64,000 bases of DNA from Promethearchaeota archaeon (GCA_048940925.1 JBHLOC010000002.1:1-64000); one strand, 5' to 3'; positions 40,270 to 53,164 are shown, numbered from the stretch's first letter. Program-made: numbers and translations. Notes: generated from the letters alone by a model not told the origin.

Positions 40270-41232
40270 TTAAATTATTGCATTTATTGGAAAATAAATC
40301 AATATAGCAAGTAAACCTGCCATAGGAAAAGTTAAAAACCAGACTAACACTATTTTCCATAGACCCTTTTTCGAAGGCGTGTGACTTGCCTTAGACAATC
40401 CAACGAGAGATGCAACAAGCATATGCGATCCTGATAGAGGGATTCCAAGGGTTGTACCAATAAATAGGATTACTGCAGTAGGAATTTGCGCGGTAAAAGC
40501 AGTGCTTGGATGAAGTTCTGTAATTGTTCCGACACTTTTAATAACACCTCTTCCTAAGACTATTAAACCCCCTGCAAAGCTCACGCCTGTTATTAATAGG
40601 AGAATGTTTATTTGTATTTCTCCTATCCCAACAACAATACCTACAGCGTTTGAACAATCATTTCCTGATCTTGAAAATGCTGTAATGCTGATCACGATCA
40701 AGACAATATATCCAAAAATTTTCTCAGTTCTTTCATAGCTTTGAAACCCATTGAGATGCTTTACTTTATAATGGTGTAAAAGCTTAAAAACTAGAAATGT
40801 GACAAGATATCCTATTATTGGAGATAATATCCACCAGATACTCAATTCAATAATCTTTAACCAATCAAGTGTAGCATTTAAAGCTATTCCAAGGCCTATA
40901 ACAGCGCCTATTGTCGCATGAGTCGTTGAAATCGGTAATCCTAAAGCAGAGGACAATATTAACCAAATAGCGGTGGAAATTAAAATCGTGATAACGATTG
41001 CATAATTAAGATCAGCTAATATGCCTTTACCTATAGTTTTACTCACAGCTTCTCCTAAAATAAGAGCGCCTGTGATTGCGAATATGGTCGTTAAAATTAG
41101 AATTTGTTTTATATTAAGAATTCTTGAACCATAAATACCAGCAAACGTTTCGTCATTTCCACCAATCCCAAATGCAATAACCACCGAAATAATAATAAAG
41201 ATAATTAAAATCACTGCAAAATCTAAAACCAT
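40270..41232 (-). CDS. PiT-family inorganic phosphate transporter
   Basis: GGNDET and SGNDCSN signatures; PISTTH; PLSGSH. Confidence 0.88.
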   Translation of the reverse strand: MVLDFAVILIIFIIISVVIAFGIGGNDETFAGIYGSRILNIKQILILTTIFAITGALILGEAVSKTIGKGILADLNYAIVITILISTAIWLILSSALGLPISTTHATIGAVIGLGIALNATLDWLKIIELSIWWILSPIIGYLVTFLVFKLLHHYKVKHLNGFQSYERTEKIFGYIVLIVISITAFSRSGNDCSNAVGIVVGIGEIQINILLLITGVSFAGGLIVLGRGVIKSVGTITELHPSTAFTAQIPTAVILFIGTTLGIPLSGSHMLVASLVGLSKASHTPSKKGLWKIVLVWFLTFPMAGLLAILIYFPINAII

Positions 41233-41247
41233 GTAAACCCCCTTTGA

Positions 41248-41895
41248 TTATTTGCTTGGATATTTTACAATTAAACTTCTTAGAAAATCACTAATCTCTT
41301 CAGCTCTTACGATCATATCAAATAATTTAATGCAAATTTTTGAAGTTAGATAAATTTGAAGGGATTTTTCTTCTGATTTTTGATAAATTATTTTTAAGAT
41401 TTTAAATTTAGAATCACGACCGCGTCGCTTAAGAGTTTCTATATCGAACGATAATTGGTAGGCTGTTTTAAAGTCCGTTTCCATGAGTTTTATCATTTCG
41501 ATAAGAGTCTTTATCGTTTCTACATAAATATCATTTAATATTTTCATTTCTTTCTTGATATCATCATAAAGGCCAAAAGGAGATACTTCTAAAGCCCGCG
41601 CAAGCTCTTCCGAATTATCCGAAATGACATCAAGATATTTTATCAATCTATAACGGTCTTCAACTAAAAAAGGAAGAGCTCGTTTATCTGAATAAAGGAC
41701 ATTAATATATTTTTCTTTTGCAATATCCGCATTATGTTCACATAATATTACTTCTTCTAATTTTTCTTTTTTCAGTTTTTCATCTATAAGCTCATTAATA
41801 CAATCATGAAGTAAGTGTGAACCTTTTAAAACTTCTCTGTGGAATTCATTTGCTGCTTCCAATATATTATTTCTCCTATTTAGTTTTAATTTCAT
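41248..41895 (-). CDS. DUF47/PhoU-like phosphate transport regulator
   Basis: 'EHNAD...EDRYRLIKYLDVISD' and adjacency to PiT. Confidence 0.8.
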   Translation of the reverse strand: MKLKLNRRNNILEAANEFHREVLKGSHLLHDCINELIDEKLKKEKLEEVILCEHNADIAKEKYINVLYSDKRALPFLVEDRYRLIKYLDVISDNSEELARALEVSPFGLYDDIKKEMKILNDIYVETIKTLIEMIKLMETDFKTAYQLSFDIETLKRRGRDSKFKILKIIYQKSEEKSLQIYLTSKICIKLFDMIVRAEEISDFLRSLIVKYPSK

Positions 41896-42093
41896 TCAAA
41901 TCACATCGAAAATAATATTATAATATGCGCCTAATTGAATATAATAGTAATCATTAAGATTTAATTCCATAAAAGTTTTTTAAAAATAAGAAAAATACAT
42001 TTCTTCATTAAGTCTCTCTAAGTAGAACATTTTTTAAATAAAGAAGTAGAGTTCTGATTGATTATAACTAACAGAAAAATTTGAGATACTATC

Positions 42094-42654
42094 TTGCCCT
42101 ATATTGAAATAAAATTAAGAGATATAATATTTGATCCAGAAGTCCAATCATATTGTGTTAATTCAAATTTCAAGTGTCCTAATTATAAACATTCTTGGGC
42201 GTGTCCTCCTGAAGCACCATATCTCGAGAAGGAAGTCTCAACATTTAGTAAATTTTTTCTTATATATTACAAATCTGATTTAAATAAATATATACAAAAA
42301 ATAAAATTGAAACATCCAAACCAAAGCGAATCAATAATAAAAAACAAGCTTCTAATGTCTAATTTTTTAAGAGATAAATTAGAAAAGGAAATGTTTAAAT
42401 TTCTTAGCAAATTTCAAGGCAAATACGATCAAAAACTTGTTTTATGGGACGGATATTGTAGAGTTTGTTATAATCAAGGGGATAAAGAATGCAATTATGA
42501 TAGCGGTGCATCTTGTAGATATCCTAATGAAATAAGATATTCAATGGAAGCGGTAGGTATAGATGTTACTAAAACAGTGAAAAATGTGGATCTTAACATC
42601 GAATGGCCACCGATTAATTATGTTTATCGATTCGGATTAATATGTATTAAGTAG
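42094..42654 (+). CDS. DUF2284 metal-binding protein
   Basis: CPNYKHSWACPP, GYCRVC, CRYP...RYSMEAVGIDV. Confidence 0.85.
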   Translation: MPYIEIKLRDIIFDPEVQSYCVNSNFKCPNYKHSWACPPEAPYLEKEVSTFSKFFLIYYKSDLNKYIQKIKLKHPNQSESIIKNKLLMSNFLRDKLEKEMFKFLSKFQGKYDQKLVLWDGYCRVCYNQGDKECNYDSGASCRYPNEIRYSMEAVGIDVTKTVKNVDLNIEWPPINYVYRFGLICIK

Positions 42655-42772
42655 AAAATTAGTCCAAATAGACTTTTTATTAAGAAAAATAAAAATCGGT
42701 CTACATTTTTTTTTTATTAATCAATATATTTGTCTCTTTAGAGGATAAATAATATAAAAATTAAATAGGATC

Positions 42773-43279
42773 ATGGTTGGCTGGACTCTTTTTCAAACTG
42801 GCTCTGATGTTGTCTGGGATAATCCTGTTGGATGGTTTTCAAGTTTACCTTTAATTAGCCAAATACTAATTATTGTTGGTCTTATTGCACTTTCTATTGC
42901 CGTTCTCGTTTTAGTTTACTATCTCTTAAAAGGTCTTGCTTATTTGTTATATTATATATTTAAAGGTTTATATTATCTCTTTAAAGGAATATTCCTTGGA
43001 TTATATAAATTTTTTGAAGCATTCTATTATGTTATATCAGGGAAACGTAAGAAAGTTAAACAAGAAATATTAATTATTCCTGATTCTTCACAAACTTCTC
43101 GAGAAAATATACCACATAAAATTGATCAGATTACATCGAAAATTCCTATTTATTGTACCGAATGCGGTCAAAGAATAACAGAGTCTATGGCTTTCCTTCT
43201 AACGTCACAGGGAGTGGGTTATTGTTTTCACTGCGGTAAGGAATTTAAAAAACAAAAGTCGTATAAATCTAACTTTTAA
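42773..43279 (+). CDS. Membrane protein with C-terminal zinc ribbon
   Basis: TM segment, then YCTECG...YCFHCG. Confidence 0.7.
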   Translation: MVGWTLFQTGSDVVWDNPVGWFSSLPLISQILIIVGLIALSIAVLVLVYYLLKGLAYLLYYIFKGLYYLFKGIFLGLYKFFEAFYYVISGKRKKVKQEILIIPDSSQTSRENIPHKIDQITSKIPIYCTECGQRITESMAFLLTSQGVGYCFHCGKEFKKQKSYKSNF

Positions 43280-43320
43280 AACTTTTTCTAATTATACAAA
43301 ACATGAAAAACTAATATTCA

Positions 43321-44653
<1,333 letters not shown>

Positions 44654-44878
44654 AAGCCATTTTCCATTTGATATTTTTTTAGAATTACATCATCTTATTT
44701 GATCCAAAAAAGATTATTATAAACAGTTTAAAAAATTTTTGGTAGGAAAGAATAGACATAAAAATGATATGAAATTATTTTTATATCAGAATTTTCTTTA
44801 AAGTTATAACTTTATTTTGATAAGCGATTAATAAAAATAAAATCCCTAAAGAGAAATCTCTTTAAAGATGCGGGAAAT

Positions 44879-45799
44879 ATGCCACAGAAAACAATTTTGT
44901 GTGATCTCTCTCATAATGAAATGTTAAACATAGAAGATGCTGAATTTACTGAATTTTTAAATCTTTTGAAAAGAATGGATATTAAAATCAAGAAAACTGA
45001 GGATGAGCATCTTAAAAAGAATATGTTAAGTGATGTGGATCTCTTAATAATTGGTAATCCAATAGATGATTATTTCTCCAGTCTTGAAGTTAAATACATA
45101 GTTGATTTTGTTAGAAGTGGAGGAGGATTACTTCTTTTAAGTGAATATGGAGCAGATTATCTTCAAAAAACTAATTTAAATGATATTTCAGGAAAATTTG
45201 GGATCCTTTTTGAAAAGAATATAATAAAAGAAACGATTCAGGGGAATCAAAATGGCTCGAGTATATTGCATATAAAAGATTTTTCAAAACATCAACTTAA
45301 TAGACATATTAGAGAAATTGTCATTGGAGGAGCATGTTCTCTAATTTTAAGTAAAAATGCTAAACCTATTTTTCGAATAAGTAAACAAAATGCGTGGTCA
45401 GAAGCATTTGATAGTACTACTGAGAAATGGATTAAAGAAGAAGAAGAAAGAGAACAAATAATAGCTGCATACACAGAATTTGGGCATGGAAAGGTATTAG
45501 CGATTGGAGATATTGATCTTTTCACAGCGGATTCAAATATTGGAATTAACTCCTTGGATAATCAAAAATTTCTGCAAAACGCTATAAATTGGTTAATCGA
45601 ACCAGTAAAAGAACAAAAAGTCATAGCTTTTTTACTTAATCAGTTAGGTGATCTTCAATATGAAATCAGAGAAACCAATAAAGTATTAAATAACATTATT
45701 GAAACTATCACAATATTAGAAAAAAGAATAAGTTATTTAGAAGAAAACTCAAGTTTTCATAAAAAAACTTTAACTACTGAAAAGAATAGCGAACACTAA
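44879..45799 (+). CDS. GIFT/IFT52-GldG-like (DUF4350) domain protein with C-terminal coiled coil
   Basis: 'ILCDLSHNE', 'DLLIIGNP...IVDFVRSGGGLLLL', 'GHGKVLAIGDIDLF...DNQKFLQNAINWL'. Confidence 0.65.
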   Translation: MPQKTILCDLSHNEMLNIEDAEFTEFLNLLKRMDIKIKKTEDEHLKKNMLSDVDLLIIGNPIDDYFSSLEVKYIVDFVRSGGGLLLLSEYGADYLQKTNLNDISGKFGILFEKNIIKETIQGNQNGSSILHIKDFSKHQLNRHIREIVIGGACSLILSKNAKPIFRISKQNAWSEAFDSTTEKWIKEEEEREQIIAAYTEFGHGKVLAIGDIDLFTADSNIGINSLDNQKFLQNAINWLIEPVKEQKVIAFLLNQLGDLQYEIRETNKVLNNIIETITILEKRISYLEENSSFHKKTLTTEKNSEH

Positions 45800-45801
45800 T
45801 C

Positions 45802-46335
45802 ATGGGAGATGTTACTTATAAAATTGTCATTTTTGGAAACGGTGGAGTGGGGAAAACCACCTTGCTTCAACGATATATTACTGGAGAATTCTTTTTAGAC
45901 ACAAAAGTGACGATTGGTTTAGATATTGCAGTGAAATATCTAGAAATAGAAGGTACAAAGATTACACTTCAAATATGGGATTTTGGGGGTGAAGATCGTT
46001 TTAGGTTCCTTTTACCTAATTACACTCGTGGTGCATTTGGAGGAATTTTCATGTATGATATTACACGACCTCACAGTTTACGAAATATTGATGAATGGTT
46101 GCAAATTTTTAGAAGAGAACAAATTGCTAAATTTCACGCTCCCTTAATAATAGTTGGAGGAAAGGCAGATCTTACAAATAAAAGATTAGTTTCTGAAAAA
46201 GAAGCGAAAAAAGTAGCAAAATCATATAAAATTTCACATCATTTTGAATGCTCTGCTAAAACAGGTGAAAATATAGAAATAATATTTGATACCTTAACAA
46301 GAGCAATTATGAAAAAAGCAGGTCTCATTGACTAG
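45802..46335 (+). CDS. Rab-like small GTPase
   Basis: GNGGVGKT, TIGLD, WDFGGE, GKAD, ECSAK. Confidence 0.9.
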   Translation: MGDVTYKIVIFGNGGVGKTTLLQRYITGEFFLDTKVTIGLDIAVKYLEIEGTKITLQIWDFGGEDRFRFLLPNYTRGAFGGIFMYDITRPHSLRNIDEWLQIFRREQIAKFHAPLIIVGGKADLTNKRLVSEKEAKKVAKSYKISHHFECSAKTGENIEIIFDTLTRAIMKKAGLID

Positions 46336-46555
46336 AGCTTTTTAATTATCATCGAAAATTATTTTATTTCCTCCTATATAAAGGATCTAAATGTTTTATT
46401 ACTTTTAATGTAAAATGCCCTTTCTTTAGTCATTATAAATCAAATTATTATCATTAAAAATTTGGATCTTAATTTGTATTAAAACTATTTTTAATAATTA
46501 TGAGAAATTTACTTTCTTAATAACTTAATTTGAATAAACTAAAGTATTTATAAAA

Positions 46556-48001
46556 ATGCCATTAAAAACACCAGAAGAATATCTAGAGAGTATTAAAAGA
46601 CCTGTAAACTTATACATGTTTGGTGAAAAAGTAAAAGAATTTTGGAATCATCCAATTATTAGACCCTCGATAAATACAGTGATGAAAATCTATGAATTAG
46701 CGCAAATGGATGAATATAAGGACCTTATGACAGCAAAATCACACTTAACTGGGGAAACAATTAATCGTTTCACTCACATTCATCAATCTATTGACGATTT
46801 AATTAAAAAGGTACAAATGCAAAGACTACTTGGGCAAAAAACTGCGTGTTGTTTTCAGAGATGCGTTGGTTTTGATACTGCTAATGCATTATACAGTGTA
46901 ACTTACGAAATGGATAAAAAATATGGAACTAATTATCATAACCGGTTCAAAAATTATTGGATTGAAGTGCAAAGCCAAGATTTGATGGTTGACGGTGCGA
47001 TGACAGATACTAAGGGAGATCGAAGTAAAAGACCTAACCAACAATCAGATCCAGATGCATATTTGCATATAGTAGAAGAAAATGATGAAGGTATTGTCGT
47101 TAGAGGAGCAAAAGTTCATCAAACCGGATTTTTAAATTCTCATAGAGCAATTGTTATGCCTACTCTTAGACTACGCCCCGGAGAAGAAGAATATGCAGTT
47201 AGTTTCGGAATTGATACAAATGATAAAGGGATAACTCTAATTTATGGAAGACAATCATGTGATACTCGAAAAATGGAACAAGGAAAATTGGACATCGGTA
47301 ATTTTAAATATGGAGGTCAAGAGATATTTGTTATTTTTGATGATGTGTTTATCCCAAACAATAAAATTTTTATGAAAGGTGAAATTGAATTTTCAGGAGA
47401 ATTAGTTAATCGGTTTGCTGGTTTCCATAGACAGTCATATGGTGGTTGTAAAGTGGGAGTGGGAGATGCTCTTATTGGAGCAGCATCTTTAATTTCAGAA
47501 TATAATGGGACAGAGGGAGCTTCTCATATTCGTGATAAACTTGTTGAGATGGTGCATTTAAATGAAACTCTCTATAGTTGTGGAATTGCATGCAGTTCAT
47601 TGGGTTTTCAAAGAGAGGCTGGTAATTATGAAATGGATATGCTACTTGCAAATGTCTGTAAGCAGAATGTTACTCGGTTTCCTTATGAAATTGGTAGATT
47701 GGCAGAAGATATTGCTGGTGGAATAATATGCACCCTTCCTTCTGAAGCAGATTTCAAATCTGAGGAAATAGGACCCTTGATACGCAAATATCTCTCCACA
47801 TGTGAAGGGATAGGTCCTGATGATCGATATAAAGTCTTACGTTTTATTGAAAATTTGACGATGGGTGTTGCTTCGGTAAGTTATCGGACCGAGTCCATGC
47901 ATGGAGCAGGTTCACCTCAAGCACAAAGAATTATGATTTCGCGTCAAGCCGATCTAGAAGAAAAGAAAAAACTCATAAAAAATATACTTGATATTAAATG
48001 A
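46556..48001 (+). CDS. abfD: 4-hydroxybutyryl-CoA dehydratase
   Basis: Fe-S ligand motifs CFQRCVG and HRQSYGGCK; ESMHGAGSPQAQ. Confidence 0.9.
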   Translation: MPLKTPEEYLESIKRPVNLYMFGEKVKEFWNHPIIRPSINTVMKIYELAQMDEYKDLMTAKSHLTGETINRFTHIHQSIDDLIKKVQMQRLLGQKTACCFQRCVGFDTANALYSVTYEMDKKYGTNYHNRFKNYWIEVQSQDLMVDGAMTDTKGDRSKRPNQQSDPDAYLHIVEENDEGIVVRGAKVHQTGFLNSHRAIVMPTLRLRPGEEEYAVSFGIDTNDKGITLIYGRQSCDTRKMEQGKLDIGNFKYGGQEIFVIFDDVFIPNNKIFMKGEIEFSGELVNRFAGFHRQSYGGCKVGVGDALIGAASLISEYNGTEGASHIRDKLVEMVHLNETLYSCGIACSSLGFQREAGNYEMDMLLANVCKQNVTRFPYEIGRLAEDIAGGIICTLPSEADFKSEEIGPLIRKYLSTCEGIGPDDRYKVLRFIENLTMGVASVSYRTESMHGAGSPQAQRIMISRQADLEEKKKLIKNILDIK

Positions 48002-48069
48002 TTTCTTAAATGATATAAGAAGGTTTTAATCGTAGTAAAATTTTAATCATATTAAATTATTAATTTGCT

Positions 48070-49470
48070 TTGGAAAATTGGTTATATATGAGTGAAAAAT
48101 CATTCGATGAAATATTTTCTGTTTTTGAAGAGATCTCTAACAGCTATAAAAGAAATAATCAATATTTTGACATTCTTTATGATTCTGAATCATCTACCTT
48201 TATTACAAAATCACGTACCTCAGAAGAAATAGTTATGAATGCAAAGAAATCTGGTATGGTTGCAAGAACATTTACAGGGATATGGAATGAAATAGCTACA
48301 ACTGAATTTTCAAATATTAACAATATCAAAGAAAAATTACCAAAAGTTGTGAACTTGGGTAAAAATCTGATGGAATTCGAAGGATGGAGTATAAATGAAG
48401 AAATAAAACCCAAAATTAATCCACTCAAAGTTTCAATTGATGAAAAAATCAAAAAGGTTAGACATATCTACGACTATGTGATGAACTATGATAAAAGAAT
48501 TATTAATACGGAAGTCAAATACCTAGAATACTTAACAGAACGAATCTTCTGTAATAATGAAGGATGTCAATTAAGACAAATAATCCCCAGAACAAAACTA
48601 TATATTATTCCTATAGCAAAAGAAGGAACTGTCGCAGAATATGATTATTACACTGATTCTGGTGAAATTGGTTTTGAAATTTTTAATAAGATTGATAATG
48701 AGTTGTTAGATAAAACTGCTCAAAATTCTTTGGACATGCTGCAAGCAGAATTGCCCCCTTCTGGAAAATATCCTGTCATTCTAGATCCTGGTATGACTGG
48801 AGTAGTTGCACATGAAAGTTTTGGACATGGTCTTGAAGCAGATCAAGTAATGCGGGATAGAAGCTATTTAAAAGCTAAACTTAATCAAAAAGTTGCGTCT
48901 GAAATATGTACAATATGTGATTCTCCTACAGTTTATAATGCTCTTGGAACATATTTTTTTGATGATGAGGGGATTAAAGCGAGTAAAAATGTATTGGTTC
49001 AGGATGGGGTATTAAAGGACTTCATATATGATAGACGAACCGCTTCTGCATTAAAAGCTATTCCAAAAGGAAACGGGAGAAGGGAAAGCTTTGCTCATCC
49101 TGTTCACCCAAGAATGACAAATACTTATTTTGAACCTGGAGATTATTCCCTAGAAGAAATGATTAAAGAAATCAAGTATGGAGTAATGTTGGTTAATGAA
49201 CTCTTCGGTATGGAAGATCCACTTGGAGGAGGGATGCAAAACACTTCTAAGAAAGGATATCTAATTGAGAATGGTAAAAAGACTAAATTATTGAAATCAA
49301 TAACTTTAAGTGGTCATGTATTGGAAACATTCCCTAAAATTGATGCAATTAGTAGAGATTTATTTGAAATAAATGGAGGAACATGTGGAAAGGGAGATGA
49401 AGATAGAGTTCCTGTAGGTAGTGGAGGTACTTATATTCGCATTAAAGAAGCATTAATTAGTCCTGGGTGA
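48070..49470 (+). CDS. tldD: TldD metalloprotease (ATG at 48088 is an alternative start)
   Basis: HESFGHGLEAD, FDDEG, GNGRR, PRMTNT, GTCGK. Confidence 0.88.
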   Translation: MENWLYMSEKSFDEIFSVFEEISNSYKRNNQYFDILYDSESSTFITKSRTSEEIVMNAKKSGMVARTFTGIWNEIATTEFSNINNIKEKLPKVVNLGKNLMEFEGWSINEEIKPKINPLKVSIDEKIKKVRHIYDYVMNYDKRIINTEVKYLEYLTERIFCNNEGCQLRQIIPRTKLYIIPIAKEGTVAEYDYYTDSGEIGFEIFNKIDNELLDKTAQNSLDMLQAELPPSGKYPVILDPGMTGVVAHESFGHGLEADQVMRDRSYLKAKLNQKVASEICTICDSPTVYNALGTYFFDDEGIKASKNVLVQDGVLKDFIYDRRTASALKAIPKGNGRRESFAHPVHPRMTNTYFEPGDYSLEEMIKEIKYGVMLVNELFGMEDPLGGGMQNTSKKGYLIENGKKTKLLKSITLSGHVLETFPKIDAISRDLFEINGGTCGKGDEDRVPVGSGGTYIRIKEALISPG

Positions 49471-50807
49471 TATTAAAGATGAGTCACGAAAAAATTGATT
49501 TAATTGAACAGACTCTCAAAGTGAAAAATATTGAGGAATATGAAATTTATTTCATTGAAGAAAAAACCTATGAAACAATGTTCTTAAAAAGTGACCCTGA
49601 AGTAGAAAGGGAAGTAGAAGATTTTGATTATTTCATCCGAATCCTTACTCAAAAAGGAGAGAAAACAGGAATTGGTGTTGTTAAAGGGAATTCTTTGGAT
49701 TCTAAAGAAATGGGAAAAAATATTGATACCTGTATTTTACTTTCTAAAAATAATATTACTTCAAACTATCATTTTCCCGAGAAGCGAACAATTCCAAAAA
49801 TTATTACTGCTGATAGCGCTATTTTGAAAGATCCAATTGGAATAAAAAATGATCAGAGTGAAGAACTAATGAACCAACTTAAAGAGCAAAAGGAGGTTGT
49901 ACCTACCTTTGGTCGGTTAAGAGTACATATAAAAAAAAGATTCTTAAGAAATAGTAATGAACTAAATCTTGATTCGATAAACACATTTTTTCATTTAGAA
50001 TCCTCCTTAAAGGCACAAAAAAATGGGAAATTGTCTGAATATTGGAATACAGAATACTTTAAAGAAAAAGAACATTTAAACTTTAAAAAAAGAGTAGAAA
50101 ATTGGGCAAAATTTGCAAAAGATACTTTAATAGCAGAACCGCCTAAACCTAATAAGGAAGCAATAGTTATTTTTACACCATATGTTTTAAAGGAAGCACT
50201 GATCCCTGTGATAGGATTTCATGCTTCAGGACGGTCTTTTAGCGAAGAAACTTCTGCTTACAATATAAATGAAGAAGTAGCTTCTAAAGATATCACACTT
50301 ATAGATGATGGACTCCTTAATGGTGGGTTATATACTAACGGTTGGGATGGTGAAGGAAATCCTCATCAGAGGACAGAAGTAATAAAAAATGGTGTATTCC
50401 AAAAACGATTGTATGATCAAAAATATGCTCTTTTAAATGGTGAGAACCCAACTGGAAATGGTATGAGAAGCAATTTTGGTGGAATTTATAATGGAGTTAG
50501 TAACTTTCATGTTGTTCCTGGCACTACATCTCTAGATGATATGATTTCTGATATAAAAGAAGGTTATTATATTGAGAAATTTTCCTGGTTAAACCCTGAA
50601 GAATTATCCGGATATTTTGGAGCGGAAATAAGAAATGGCTACTATATTAAAAATGGTGAATTTCAGAATTCTATAAAACTTGGAAATGTGAGTGGTAATG
50701 TTTTAGATATAATGAAAAATTGTCTTTGCATATCAAAAGAAGTAGAATTTTCAGAGAACTCTCTATTTCCATATATGTGTTTCTCTAATTTAAATGTCTC
50801 ATTTTAA
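49467..50807 (+). CDS. pmbA: TldE/PmbA family protein
   Basis: WDGEG and TGNG motifs, no HExxH; coupled to tldD. Confidence 0.8.
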   Translation: MILKMSHEKIDLIEQTLKVKNIEEYEIYFIEEKTYETMFLKSDPEVEREVEDFDYFIRILTQKGEKTGIGVVKGNSLDSKEMGKNIDTCILLSKNNITSNYHFPEKRTIPKIITADSAILKDPIGIKNDQSEELMNQLKEQKEVVPTFGRLRVHIKKRFLRNSNELNLDSINTFFHLESSLKAQKNGKLSEYWNTEYFKEKEHLNFKKRVENWAKFAKDTLIAEPPKPNKEAIVIFTPYVLKEALIPVIGFHASGRSFSEETSAYNINEEVASKDITLIDDGLLNGGLYTNGWDGEGNPHQRTEVIKNGVFQKRLYDQKYALLNGENPTGNGMRSNFGGIYNGVSNFHVVPGTTSLDDMISDIKEGYYIEKFSWLNPEELSGYFGAEIRNGYYIKNGEFQNSIKLGNVSGNVLDIMKNCLCISKEVEFSENSLFPYMCFSNLNVSF

Positions 50808-50983
50808 TTTTTTTTAAATATTATCTCTAAGAATAATATACGAATTTTTTAAAACCGATATATATTGAATTTAATATTTAATTCGTAGAAAATTAGTTCT
50901 AAAAGGTTTATATATTACATATACATTACTTAGATCAGAAAAATATTCTATCAAGTAAATTAAAACTAAAAAATGTGAAATAA

Positions 50984-52945
50984 ATGAAATCCTTAAACAA
51001 ATTTAAGTGTTATTTTTTAATTTTTGTAGTTTTTATTTCGGTATCTAATGTGTTTACTTTTTGCATGAGTTATAGTCAAATTCATGAATATTCAAAGCAA
51101 ATACCAATAGAAAAAACACTATTTTCAAATCCTCTATCTTCTTGGAATTTAGATGGCAATATTATATGTGATTCAGATAATATCCAAGAAAACCAGCAAA
51201 TATGCAGGGATGGATTTGGCGGTGCAATTATTGTATGGCAAGATTTTAGAAATGGTTCTCAATACGATATATATGCTCAGCATATAAATGCTGAGGGTAA
51301 TATTGAGTGGTTGCCTAATGGCATACCAGTCTGTACGAATGAATATAGTCAAATTAAACCTCAAATTTGTAATGATGGAACAGGAGGTGCAATTATTGTA
51401 TGGGAGGATAAAAGAGGTCAGAGTGGGACGAATTCTAACATTTATGCTCAGCGAATAAATTCAACTGGTGGTGTTGAGTGGATTGCTAATGGAACACCCA
51501 TTTCCACCACGATAAATAATGATAAATATAATCCTCAAATTTGTGCCAATGAGTCTGGAGGGGCAATAATGACCTGGGAATCTACGATTAATAATGAAAT
51601 TTACGCCCAAGCGATTGATTTAGACGGAAATGTCCAGTGGGCCACTAATGGTGAACTAATAGCTACTTTTGATTATAGAGGGGAACCTAAAATTTGCAGT
51701 GATGGAGCGGGAGGGGCTATTATTATATGGGAAGAGGGATTTTTGTCTGATTTAAATATTTATGCTCAGCGGATAAATTCAACTGGTGAGATTGAATGGA
51801 CACCTACAGGTGAACCTATATGTACAAAAGCAGAGAACCAGGAACATCCTCAAATTTGCAGTGATGGGGCTGGAGGAGCCCTAATAGCTTGGGAAGATAA
51901 TAGAGATATAGATTTTTTTGGCAGAGATATTTGGGCTCAACGGATCGATGCTAATGGAAACAAATTATGGGGAAGTAATGATGTTGGAGCATGCAGGGAG
52001 GATTATAATCAATATGAACCTTTTATTTGTAATGATGGTTCTGGAGGTGCTTATATCGTGTGGAGAGACGCAAGAACTACAGGTAGTGATATATACGCTC
52101 AGCGAATAGCTCCAAATGGAGAAAGACAGTGGAGAGTTGATGGCTTAGCTATATGTGATATGGTTGCTCATCAAGGATCTGCTAAAATTTGTAGCGATGG
52201 TTCTGGAGGGGCAATTATCGCATATCGAGGTTATGATCATTCTTATGGTTATGATGATATTTTCATTCAAAAAATTGATTCTAACGGAGATCATCAATGG
52301 TCTCATTATATAGATGATATAGGTTGGAATACAGATGAAATACCTGTATGTAAGGCATCTGGAGACCAATTTTCTCCTCAAATTTGTAGTGATGACGATG
52401 GTGGGGCTGTAGTTGTATGGAAAGATTATAGAAGCGGATCAGGTGGAGATATTTATGCTCAACATATAAGGAGCGCCCCTCCAACTTCTGAACGCATTAA
52501 TTTGATTGAAACCCATTCAGATGATACATATAATTTATATTATGTTTTATATGATGACCATGGGGGTGGAAAATATCGAATATTGGTAGAAGATCCAAAT
52601 GAAACTCAATATTTATATATAAATTGGGCTACATGGAATTCAGAAGTTAATTTAGATATACCAATTAATCGTACTATACAAGGTGATTTTATTTATACGA
52701 TTGAATATTATGATGATCATGAACAATTTGGTTATCCGGATTCATTTACAGTAAGGATAACACCACCCTATTCTGATGATGATGGAAATGGCGGCGATGA
52801 TGGCGGTGATGATGGTGATAGCAATGGTGACGGCGATGGAAATGGTAATGGAGGAGGTATAATTCCAGGATATAATATATTATTTTTGATTGGAGCTATT
52901 TGTATTTCCTCTCTATTTTTTACAAAAAAAAGGAGGAAGCAATAG
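50984..52945 (+). CDS. Secreted repeat protein (8 ~60-aa repeats, probable beta-propeller) with Gly/Asp linker and IPGY-TM anchor
   Basis: Eight copies of PQICSDGxGGAIIVWxD...DIYAQRI; ends IPGYNILFLIGAICISSLFFTKKRRKQ. Confidence 0.8.
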   Translation: MKSLNKFKCYFLIFVVFISVSNVFTFCMSYSQIHEYSKQIPIEKTLFSNPLSSWNLDGNIICDSDNIQENQQICRDGFGGAIIVWQDFRNGSQYDIYAQHINAEGNIEWLPNGIPVCTNEYSQIKPQICNDGTGGAIIVWEDKRGQSGTNSNIYAQRINSTGGVEWIANGTPISTTINNDKYNPQICANESGGAIMTWESTINNEIYAQAIDLDGNVQWATNGELIATFDYRGEPKICSDGAGGAIIIWEEGFLSDLNIYAQRINSTGEIEWTPTGEPICTKAENQEHPQICSDGAGGALIAWEDNRDIDFFGRDIWAQRIDANGNKLWGSNDVGACREDYNQYEPFICNDGSGGAYIVWRDARTTGSDIYAQRIAPNGERQWRVDGLAICDMVAHQGSAKICSDGSGGAIIAYRGYDHSYGYDDIFIQKIDSNGDHQWSHYIDDIGWNTDEIPVCKASGDQFSPQICSDDDGGAVVVWKDYRSGSGGDIYAQHIRSAPPTSERINLIETHSDDTYNLYYVLYDDHGGGKYRILVEDPNETQYLYINWATWNSEVNLDIPINRTIQGDFIYTIEYYDDHEQFGYPDSFTVRITPPYSDDDGNGGDDGGDDGDSNGDGDGNGNGGGIIPGYNILFLIGAICISSLFFTKKRRKQ

Positions 52946-53164
52946 TTTTACTTATCTAAATAATATATTTTTTCTTTTTATAAATTAAAAAACCATTAAT
53001 TTCTAATTATTTTTTTTAATCTTGATTTCAATTAAATTATAATTGCTTTTTCCTAACCCTATATCTTAAGCTCAAAAAATATTTTAACACTAATTCATAC
53101 TATTAATATATTAAATAAATAATATAATAGCTTAAAAAAAAAAGAAAAATAGGAAGGTATTTTA

